A DNA stretch of 64,000 bases. Origin: an uncultured Pseudomonadota bacterium. GTDB lineage: Bacteria; Pseudomonadota; Alphaproteobacteria; JACZXZ01. Under the pieces are notes generated by a model. The model was not told the DNA's origin and did not search any database. It saw only the letters and a program-made list of their open reading frames with translations. The position numbers and the translations under genes are program-made. The stretch covers positions 96,001-160,000 of the forward strand of contig CAVVLJ010000016.1 of the NCBI GenBank assembly GCA_963749075.1. Direction: 5' to 3'. Every line of letters begins with the position of its first letter. The first letter of the stretch is position 1. Positions 50,896 to 62,457 of the stretch are shown piece by piece.

Positions 50896-52656
50896 ATGGC
50901 GGCGGACTCCTTCAACGGATCGGATGTGGTCATCAAAGCCCTTGTCGATCAAGGGGTTGAGGTCATCTTCGGCTATCCGGGCGGAGCCGTGCTGCCGCTC
51001 TATGACGCGCTCTACAAGCAGAACCATCTGCGCCACGTGCTGGTGCGCCAGGAGGGCGGTGCGGTGCACGCGGCCGAAGGCTATGCGCGCTCGACCGGCA
51101 AGGTGGGCGTCGTCCTGGTCACTTCGGGGCCGGGCGCCACCAATGCGGTCACGGGGCTGACCGACGCGCTCATGGACTCGATCCCGCTCGTCTGCCTGAC
51201 CGGCCAGGTGCCCACCCATCTCATCGGCAACGACGCCTTCCAGGAGGCCGACACGGTCGGCATCACGCGCCCCTGCACCAAGCACAATTACCTGGTGAAG
51301 CGGCCCGAGGACCTGGCGCGCGTCATGCACGAGGCGTTCTACGTGGCGCGCAGCGGCCGGCCCGGCCCCGTGGTGGTCGACCTGCCCAAGGACATCCTGC
51401 AGAACGCCGCACCCTATACCGCACCCGAGCGCGTGCAACACCGCAGCTACAAGCCCAAGCTCAAGCCGGAGCGCGCGCCGCTCGAGGCAGCGCTCGAGCT
51501 CATGCTCGCGGCCAAGCGCCCCATCTTCTACACGGGCGGCGGCGTCATCAACTCCGGCCCCGCCGCCTCCCAGCTCTTGACGCAGCTCGTGCGCCTCTCG
51601 GGCTTCCCCTGCACCAACACCCTCATGGGCCTCGGCGCCTTTCCCGGGAGCGACCCGCAGTTCCTCGGCATGCTCGGCATGCACGGCACCTACGAGGCGA
51701 ACCTCGCCATGCACGAATGCGACGTGCTGATCGCGGTGGGGGCGCGCTTCGACGACCGGGTCACCGGCAAGCTCGCCGAGTTCTCGCCCGGGGCGAAGAA
51801 GATCCAGATCGACATCGATCCCTCCTCGATCAACAAGAACGTGCGCGTCGACATCGGCATCGTGGGCGACGTGGCCCACGTGCTGGAGGACCTCATCAAG
51901 CTGTGGAAGGCGAAGCAGCGGCGGCCCGACCACAAGGCGCTCGACGCCTGGTGGCAAAAGATCGCGGCGTGGCGCAAGCGCGACTGCCTTGCCTACAAGC
52001 AAGGGCCCGACATCATCAAGCCGCAATACGCCATCCAGCGGCTCTACGAGCTCACCATGGCGAAGGAGCCCTTCATCACCACCGAGGTGGGCCAGCACCA
52101 GATGTGGGCGGCGCAGTTCTTCAAGTTCGAGAAGCCTTACCACTGGATGACCTCGGGCGGCCTCGGCACCATGGGCTACGGCCTGCCGGCCGCCATGGGC
52201 GTGCAGGTGGCGCACCCCGATGCCCTCGTCATCGACGTGGCCGGCGAGGCCTCGATCATGATGAACATCCAGGAGATGTCGACCGTCCAGCAGTACCGTC
52301 TGCCGGTCAAGGTCTTCATCGTCAACAACCAGTACATGGGCATGGTGCGCCAGTGGCAGGAGCTGCTCCACGGCGGGCGCTATGCCGAGAGCTACATGGA
52401 CTCGCTGCCCGACTTCGTGAAGCTGGCCGAGGCCTTCGGCGCCGTGGGCCTGCGCGCCGAGAAGCCCGGCGAGGTCGACGGCCTGATCGAGGAGATGATC
52501 CGCATCCCGCGCGCCGTCATCGCCGACGTGCGCGTCGACCAGGCCGAGAACTGCTTCCCCATGATCCCCGCCGGGCGCGCGCACCACGAGATGATCCTCG
52601 GGCCCGAGGACAAGGCGGGCAAGGCGGCGACCGAGGAGGGCATGGTGCTGGTCTGA
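50896..52656 (+). CDS. ilvI: Acetolactate synthase large subunit
   Basis: FGYPGG, TSGPGATN, GARFDDRVTG, SGGLGTMG, NNQYMGMVRQWQ. Confidence 0.96.
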   Translation: MAADSFNGSDVVIKALVDQGVEVIFGYPGGAVLPLYDALYKQNHLRHVLVRQEGGAVHAAEGYARSTGKVGVVLVTSGPGATNAVTGLTDALMDSIPLVCLTGQVPTHLIGNDAFQEADTVGITRPCTKHNYLVKRPEDLARVMHEAFYVARSGRPGPVVVDLPKDILQNAAPYTAPERVQHRSYKPKLKPERAPLEAALELMLAAKRPIFYTGGGVINSGPAASQLLTQLVRLSGFPCTNTLMGLGAFPGSDPQFLGMLGMHGTYEANLAMHECDVLIAVGARFDDRVTGKLAEFSPGAKKIQIDIDPSSINKNVRVDIGIVGDVAHVLEDLIKLWKAKQRRPDHKALDAWWQKIAAWRKRDCLAYKQGPDIIKPQYAIQRLYELTMAKEPFITTEVGQHQMWAAQFFKFEKPYHWMTSGGLGTMGYGLPAAMGVQVAHPDALVIDVAGEASIMMNIQEMSTVQQYRLPVKVFIVNNQYMGMVRQWQELLHGGRYAESYMDSLPDFVKLAEAFGAVGLRAEKPGEVDGLIEEMIRIPRAVIADVRVDQAENCFPMIPAGRAHHEMILGPEDKAGKAATEEGMVLV

Positions 52657-52707
52657 GAGATGCCCATGACAGCCGTACAACTCAAGGAGCGGGGAAGGAG
52701 TGCGTCC

Positions 52708-54286
<1,579 letters not shown>

Positions 54287-54378
54287 CCGGCATACCGCAG
54301 CAGGCTGGGGCCCTCGGCAAGCGCTCCGCGCCAGCCCATTCCCCACGGACCCGTCCGGCGCGCGCCCGCGCGGCCGCA

Positions 54379-54404
54379 TGTCACAAGCTCGGCCTTTCCG
54401 CGTC
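54379..54404 (+). promoter_or_regulatory. Putative ECF-sigma promoter
   Basis: TGTCACA-N15-CGTC, 41 bp upstream of the peptidase ATG. Confidence 0.5.
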
Positions 54405-54445
54405 TAAGTTTCGAGCGTCACTTCGGACGGGAAGGACGGATCATC

Positions 54446-54991
54446 ATGTCGAACAACGTCAATAACCCCCCTGCGTTGATCGCACAGGAGACCCCAGCCT
54501 GGTGCTTCGCCGCGGCGGAGCTGATGGCGCGCAATTTCTATGGCCTCGGGACGCCCACGCAATACGCCATTGCGCGCGCGAGCATCATGGGCCTCGTGGG
54601 TGCACAGGCGCCGCCCACCTTCGCGCAATGGAACCAGGCCACGATGAGCGACCTGCTGAACGATCAGGACGAGAACAACGGCGCCAACCTCCTGAGCGAG
54701 CGCGTCCAGCTCGTGCGCAATACCTACGGCGCCATCGATCATACGGCGATCAACGGGCGCATGAGGGACAACTATACCGTCAACGAGTTCAAGGCGGACA
54801 TCGACAGCAACAACATCGTCGTCATCGGCACCGCGATCCACTATTACGTGGTCTATGGCTACGACGATGCGAAGGATTTCACGCTGCGCGTCCGGGACCC
54901 TTGGCCCGCAAACGTAGGCGGCCAAGCGGCGACCATTCCCTACGCGCAGTTCCTGGGCTGGAACGGCCGGGTCGTCATCAAATTCACTTGA
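54446..54991 (+). CDS. Papain-fold cysteine peptidase (C39/C70-like)
   Basis: AQETPAWCFAAA (Q...C), HYYVVYGYD (H), VRDPWP (D); no signal peptide. Confidence 0.8.
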   Translation: MSNNVNNPPALIAQETPAWCFAAAELMARNFYGLGTPTQYAIARASIMGLVGAQAPPTFAQWNQATMSDLLNDQDENNGANLLSERVQLVRNTYGAIDHTAINGRMRDNYTVNEFKADIDSNNIVVIGTAIHYYVVYGYDDAKDFTLRVRDPWPANVGGQAATIPYAQFLGWNGRVVIKFT

Positions 54992-55173
54992 ACCGCAGGA
55001 TCGGCCGGTCGGGGCGGAGGGGGCGCCTGGCCATCGTTCCGGCGACAAGCGCCTCGCCGTGAGCAGCACCATGCCGATGCCTTTTCTCGCGGCCGCGATC
55101 GCCATGCGCCTCAAGCGCGGCGCGTATCGCCGGGTCATCTCCTTGGCCGGTCCGAGGGCCGATCGCGCGTTGC

Positions 55174-55200
55174 CGTCACAAAGTGGCGATGCCGGGCGTC
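55174..55200 (+). promoter_or_regulatory. Putative ECF-sigma promoter
   Basis: CGTCACA-N16-CGTC, 32 bp upstream of the ATG at 55233. Confidence 0.5.
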
Positions 55201-55232
55201 AAGCCGGAGTGAAGCAGGGGAGCACGGGCGCC

Positions 55233-55847
55233 ATGCCGGACACTTATGCCAAGCTATGCGCGATCTATCTCGGCCCCTACGCGGCGCGCGGCAAGAGCTT
55301 CCACACCGACCAGACGCAGCAGGGCATCAGCCAGGCCATCGACCAGTTCGCGGCGCTCTGCCGAGACGCCGACCAGCTCATGACGCGCCTGTCAGGCGGC
55401 AAATTCCCGAGCATCGCCGCCTTCGGCACGGAGGCCGAAAGCATCCTCTTGCAGCTCAAGGCGCAATGTCAGGCGCTCGCCGAGCAGTTCGCGCAGGCCA
55501 AGATCAGCGACCAGACGAAGATATCGGCCATGGCGGTCATCAGCCAGAGCGACGGCCTCGCCGCCGCCCGCCGGCAGCAGGACGCCGATGCCAGTCTGCT
55601 CGCCAGCCTGGAGGGCTTGGCGAAGCTGGTGCAGGGCGATTTCGCCCAAGGAGAGGCGCCGCCTCAACCGGGCCCGCCGCTCCCGCCGCCGCCGGGCGGC
55701 AACGGAGGCGGGGCGCTGCCGCCGCTCGACGCCACTCGGCTCAAGACGAAGCTGAGCGGCCGCGTGACCAGGCAGCCGGACGCCGTCTCCGAGGAGATCG
55801 ACCGTTTGAGCGGGCAAGCCGCGGAATCCGCCACGCCGGACAGCTGA
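55233..55847 (+). CDS. Hypothetical alpha-helical protein with polyproline tract
   Basis: GGGGAG RBS, MPDTYAKL...; Gln/Ala-rich helices then PPQPGPPLPPPPGG. Confidence 0.75.
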   Translation: MPDTYAKLCAIYLGPYAARGKSFHTDQTQQGISQAIDQFAALCRDADQLMTRLSGGKFPSIAAFGTEAESILLQLKAQCQALAEQFAQAKISDQTKISAMAVISQSDGLAAARRQQDADASLLASLEGLAKLVQGDFAQGEAPPQPGPPLPPPPGGNGGGALPPLDATRLKTKLSGRVTRQPDAVSEEIDRLSGQAAESATPDS

Positions 55848-55888
55848 GCGCGCGCCGCGACGCACGCGCGCGAGCGAGGATGCGGGCC

Positions 55889-56803
55889 ATGACTATATCG
55901 TCCCTGGACTCTTACCGCGACTTCGTGCGCTCCGCCTGGCAGTATCTGGCCCGGCCGGAGACCGACCGCGTCCCGCTGAGGAATGTGCTCAAGGTCCTCT
56001 ACAACGCCGCGGCCGGCTATAATCCGAATGGCGTCGCAGACAAGAAGCGGCTTATCGCCAGGGATCTCTATGCGGCGCTCGCCGCCTACTGCCGCGCGAT
56101 CCAGGGCAAGCGAGCGCGGCTCCAGCTGAGCGGTCCTTGGCGCGACGTGACCGACGACCTTGGTGCGTATGCGGACTACTACGAGGCCGTCCTGGGCTCG
56201 GGGCAGCCCAAGCCGAACCCTGAAGCCATGGATTTGGCGACGAGATATCTGCACGTCTATCCCGCCGAGCCGGCGAAGAACGATTGGCGCCTCGGACTCA
56301 ACGTCGAGCCGCGCAGCATGGCGTCGGCGGCGAAGGCGCTCGTGCCGCTCCTCGACAAGTTCCCCGACATCGGCCACATGAAGTTTTTCGGGCCCGGCGC
56401 TGCGGGAAAGGCCGACTCGGTCATCGTCTACCTGCGCAAGACGGAGCGCTACAACCGGTTGCGCAACGCCGTCCTCGACGCCGTCAAGGGGCTCGCCATC
56501 CAGCCGCGCGTCGGCGCCATGTGGAACGAGATCGGCGACGGCATCGGGGAGGCGTCGGAGTCGCCCCGAGCAAGCTTCACCCAATACCGGTGCCTCGCGA
56601 TCTATGCGGCGTTTCTCGCCTATTCGGAGACGGCCGGGCCGCACAGCTGGAGCGACTTCAAGGCGGCGCTGAACACCGTCCTGCCCGCGTTCGGCATCGA
56701 CCCGCGGGCGCCTCATATGCGCGCGCCGCGCCGCACGCAGGACCCCAACTATCCCGCCTATTGGGACGTCTTCTGCTGGCTCTATGCGATCTTGAGGGGC
56801 TGA
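55889..56803 (+). CDS. HopA1-family-like protein (putative phospho-Ser/Thr lyase fold)
   Basis: WRLGLNV, MKFFGPGAAGKADSVIVYL, GIGEASESPRASFTQYRC follow the HopA1-domain motif order (R.Y.N / K..R.D..V.Y / G...EP..SFG..RC). Confidence 0.72.
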   Translation: MTISSLDSYRDFVRSAWQYLARPETDRVPLRNVLKVLYNAAAGYNPNGVADKKRLIARDLYAALAAYCRAIQGKRARLQLSGPWRDVTDDLGAYADYYEAVLGSGQPKPNPEAMDLATRYLHVYPAEPAKNDWRLGLNVEPRSMASAAKALVPLLDKFPDIGHMKFFGPGAAGKADSVIVYLRKTERYNRLRNAVLDAVKGLAIQPRVGAMWNEIGDGIGEASESPRASFTQYRCLAIYAAFLAYSETAGPHSWSDFKAALNTVLPAFGIDPRAPHMRAPRRTQDPNYPAYWDVFCWLYAILRG

Positions 56804-56812
56804 GCCCGCGGC

Positions 56813-57298
56813 TCACTCGCGGAAGTTGGTGAATTGGAGCGGCTGCTCGATCTTGAGGCCGCGGACATGGGCGATGGCCGCCTGCAGGTCGTCCCTCTTC
56901 TTGCCGCTCACGCGCAGCTCGTCGCCCTGGATCGCCACCTGGACCTTGAGCTTGCTGTCCTTGAGCTCCTTGACCAGGCGTTTGGCGAGCTCGCGGTCGA
57001 CGCCCTGCTTCACCACGATCTCCTGGCGCAGCGTATCCCCCGACGCGCGCTCCGGCTCCTTGAAGTCGAGCGCTGAGGGATCGACCTTGCGCCGCACGAG
57101 ATGCCCCTTGAGGAGCTCGTGCATCTGCTTCAGTTTGAGCCGGTCGTCGGCGTGAAGGGTGAGCACCGCCTCCTGCCGCTCGATCCTGCACTTCGAGTTC
57201 TTGAAGTCGAAGCGCGTGGCGATCTCGCGCGCCAGGTTGGCGAGCGCGTTGTCGACCTCGCTGAGGTCGGTCTTGGAGACGATGTCAAAGCTCGGCAT
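56813..57298 (-). CDS. yajQ: YajQ-family nucleotide-binding protein
   Basis: MPSFDIVS, RFDFK, QGDELRVSGKKRDDLQ, NFRE. Confidence 0.96.
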   Translation of the reverse strand: MPSFDIVSKTDLSEVDNALANLAREIATRFDFKNSKCRIERQEAVLTLHADDRLKLKQMHELLKGHLVRRKVDPSALDFKEPERASGDTLRQEIVVKQGVDRELAKRLVKELKDSKLKVQVAIQGDELRVSGKKRDDLQAAIAHVRGLKIEQPLQFTNFRE

Positions 57299-57325
57299 GG
57301 CGATTTCCCGCGGCAAAACCCGTCG

Positions 57326-57823
57326 TCACCGGGCGAGGCTCTCTCCGAGGAGCGTCAACGCCGCAGCGGCGAAGGCGCGCATGTTGGCGAGGCGGTCGGC
57401 ATTGCCGGTCTCGAGCGTGAGAGCGTGCTCGACGGCGCCGGCGATGGCGAGGCAGGCGTGACCGGCCGCATCGCCGTAACGATTGCCGCTCGGTCCCGTG
57501 GCGCCGGTCTCGGCAAGGCCCCAGCTCGCCGAGAAGCGCTCGCGCACCGTGCGCGCAAGGAGGAGCGCATAGGGCTCGGTCGCCGAGCGGATGCCGACGA
57601 GTGCCTCCTCCGTGATGCCGAGGAGCGCCCCGCGCGCGCGATAGGTGTAGACGACGGCGCCGCCGAGGTAATAGGCGGAGGCGCCTGGAACGGCGAGGAG
57701 GGCGGCGGAGAGGAGGCCGCCAGCCGACGACTCGGCGACCGCGATGCTCTCGCCGCGCTCCTTGAGGAGCGCTGCCGCCTTTTCGGCCAGAGGGAGAAGA
57801 TCATGTGGGAGGAGATCCTGCAC
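57326..57823 (-). CDS. CinA C-terminal/PncC-family protein
   Basis: AVAESSAGG, VPGASAYYLGG, AETGATGP. Confidence 0.88.
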   Translation of the reverse strand: MQDLLPHDLLPLAEKAAALLKERGESIAVAESSAGGLLSAALLAVPGASAYYLGGAVVYTYRARGALLGITEEALVGIRSATEPYALLLARTVRERFSASWGLAETGATGPSGNRYGDAAGHACLAIAGAVEHALTLETGNADRLANMRAFAAAALTLLGESLAR

Positions 57824-58047
57824 GGCCGCCCTACCTTTCCCTTGTGCGTTGCGGTGCCGGGACGCGCCGACTATAGGACGGAGCACGCGCCGCACAAAGC
57901 CCTTGCGAGCTTCGGGCGAAACATCGTACACATAGCTGCCGCCTTGATTCTCAAAGGTTTTTTTGTGGAATCGCGGCGGCGTGCGTGAGGATTTGCCGAG
58001 CTTTCCCAAGGCACTAGCCGTAAGGGAAGGCCCGGGAGGACGACTGG

Positions 58048-58179
58048 ATGGACCGCAGCGCAGCCATTCGCCTCTCGGCTGGCGCGCCCCTCGTGGCGCG
58101 GGTCCGTTCGCGTCTTGCCGGTCTCGTCTCTCTCTTGCTCCTCCGTGGTGGTGCCGCACGCCGACTTAGCAGCCCCTGA
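58048..58179 (+). CDS. Leucine-rich leader peptide of leuA (43 aa)
   Basis: GGGAGGA RBS; MDRSAAIRLSAGAPLVARVRSRLAGLVSLLLLRGGAARRLSSP, with four consecutive Leu codons. Confidence 0.75.
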   Translation: MDRSAAIRLSAGAPLVARVRSRLAGLVSLLLLRGGAARRLSSP

Positions 58180-58263
58180 GCGCCGTCCCGGGAGCGATCC
58201 GGGCGTTCAGGGGAGGAGATCGGTGTTGCGCTTGCTGCATGTTCGGACCGGAGGACCCAGACC

Positions 58264-58267
<4 letters not shown>
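58132..58267 (+). promoter_or_regulatory. leuA attenuator-like RNA structure
   Basis: Stem CCCCTGAGCGCC (58173-84) / GGCGTTCAGGGG (58202-13); Leu codons CTCCTCC (58138-44) are complementary to GGAGGAG (58212-18). Confidence 0.7.
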
Positions 58268-60913
<2,646 letters not shown>

Positions 60914-61039
60914 GGCGCGCGCGAGAATCGAACAATTCCCTGATTTTTCCAGCGAATCCTTAGTGATATACTGAGACGCGCGAGGGGGTGCGGCGGGCAC
61001 CGCCCGCGAGATCAGGGCGCTGGACGAAGGGCGAGGGAC

Positions 61040-61939
61040 GTGAAGCCGCGCGGCGGATCGATCATGCGCTACGCGGCGCCGCTCAAGGCAGCGGCGCAGC
61101 GCTTTGCCTTCCTCATGCTGATCGCGGGCTCGGTGGCTCTCATCGTCCTCGGCAAGGCCGATGCCGTGCTCGTCGAGCGCTTGCGCATCGCCGTGAGCGA
61201 CGCCTTCGCCCCCATCCTCGCCGGCCTCGCCCAGCCCATGGCGACGGTCGGCCACGCCATCGGCGAGGTGCGCGAGGTGGTGCATCTGCGCTCCGAGAAC
61301 GAGCGCCTCAAGGAGGACAACGCGCAGCTCCGGCGCTGGGAGCAGGTGGCGCGCGAGCTGGCGGCGCAGAATCAGTCCCTGCGCGACACCCTCAACTTCG
61401 TGCCGCACGGCGAGCAGCACAGCATCGCGGGCCGCGTCATCGCCGATTCGGGCGGCTCCTTCGTGCGCAGCCTTCTCATCGACGCCGGCGCCAGGGACGG
61501 GGTGGCCAAGGGCCAGGCCGTGGTGGTGGGCGAGGGGCTCATCGGCCGCGTCGCCGAGGTGGGCGAGATCTCCTCGCGCGTGCTTCTCATCACCGACCTC
61601 AACTCGCGTATTCCGGTGGTCGTCGAATCGACGCGCGACCACGCGGTCCTCGCCGGCGACAACACCGACCTGCCGCGCCTCCTCTACCTGCCGCCCAACC
61701 TGGCGCTCGAGCCCGGCACGCGCATCGTGACCTCGGGCGACGGCGGGGCCTTCCCGCCGGGCCTCCCCATCGGCACGGTGGCCTCCTCCGGCGAGGGCGG
61801 CGTCCGCGTGCAACCCTTCGCCAACTGGAGCCGCATCGAGTACGTGCGCATCATCGATTACGGGCTCAAGGGCATCTTGGGCCCGCTCGACCCGCTGCCG
61901 GCACCGGCGCGCGGCAAGCGTGCGGCGGTGCGGCCATGA
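61040..61939 (+). CDS. mreC: Rod shape-determining protein MreC
   Basis: TM helix, coiled coil (ENERLK), GLIGRV, LITDLNSRIP, TSGDGGAFPPGLPIG. Confidence 0.95.
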   Translation: MKPRGGSIMRYAAPLKAAAQRFAFLMLIAGSVALIVLGKADAVLVERLRIAVSDAFAPILAGLAQPMATVGHAIGEVREVVHLRSENERLKEDNAQLRRWEQVARELAAQNQSLRDTLNFVPHGEQHSIAGRVIADSGGSFVRSLLIDAGARDGVAKGQAVVVGEGLIGRVAEVGEISSRVLLITDLNSRIPVVVESTRDHAVLAGDNTDLPRLLYLPPNLALEPGTRIVTSGDGGAFPPGLPIGTVASSGEGGVRVQPFANWSRIEYVRIIDYGLKGILGPLDPLPAPARGKRAAVRP

Positions 61940-62451
61940 TGACGGGGCTCGCCCATCAGCTCGATCTCGCGGCGCGCCGGCTCTTCCCCTTTGCGCTCTC
62001 GGTCCTCCTCGTCGTCGTGAGCGTGGTGCCCCTGCCGGTGCCGGGCTACGGCCTCGTGGTGCCCGCCTTCGGCCTCATGGCGGTCTATTATTGGGCGATC
62101 CACCGCCCCGACCTCTTGCCGGCGCCCGCGGTCTTTCTCCTGGGCCTCCTCGACGACATCCTGACCGGAGCGCCCACCGGCCTCAATGCGCTCCTCTTCC
62201 TCGCCGTCTACGGCATCATGCGCAACCAGCGCCGGCCGTTCCTCGGCAAGCCCTTCGCGGTCATGTGGTTCGGCTTCATCGTGGTGGCGCCCGCCGCGAT
62301 CTTTGCCGAGTGGCTGCTCACCTCGGCGCTGGCGGGGCGCCTGGCGCCGCCGCACGCGGCCTTCGTCCAGCTCCTCTTGACCCTCGCCCTCTATCCGTGG
62401 CTGACCTGGCTCTTCGCCGCGGGCCAGCGTGCCTTCCTCAGGCGGAATTGA
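61936..62451 (+). CDS. mreD: Rod shape-determining protein MreD
   Basis: Hydrophobic; YYWAIHRP, GLLDDILTG; between mreC and mrdA. Confidence 0.93.
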   Translation: MMTGLAHQLDLAARRLFPFALSVLLVVVSVVPLPVPGYGLVVPAFGLMAVYYWAIHRPDLLPAPAVFLLGLLDDILTGAPTGLNALLFLAVYGIMRNQRRPFLGKPFAVMWFGFIVVAPAAIFAEWLLTSALAGRLAPPHAAFVQLLLTLALYPWLTWLFAAGQRAFLRRN

Positions 62452-62457
62452 CGTTGC

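Noticed and set aside
57790-57823. DLLP-H-DLLP duplication at the CinA-family N-terminus
   Set aside because: A four-residue imperfect repeat with no evident consequence.
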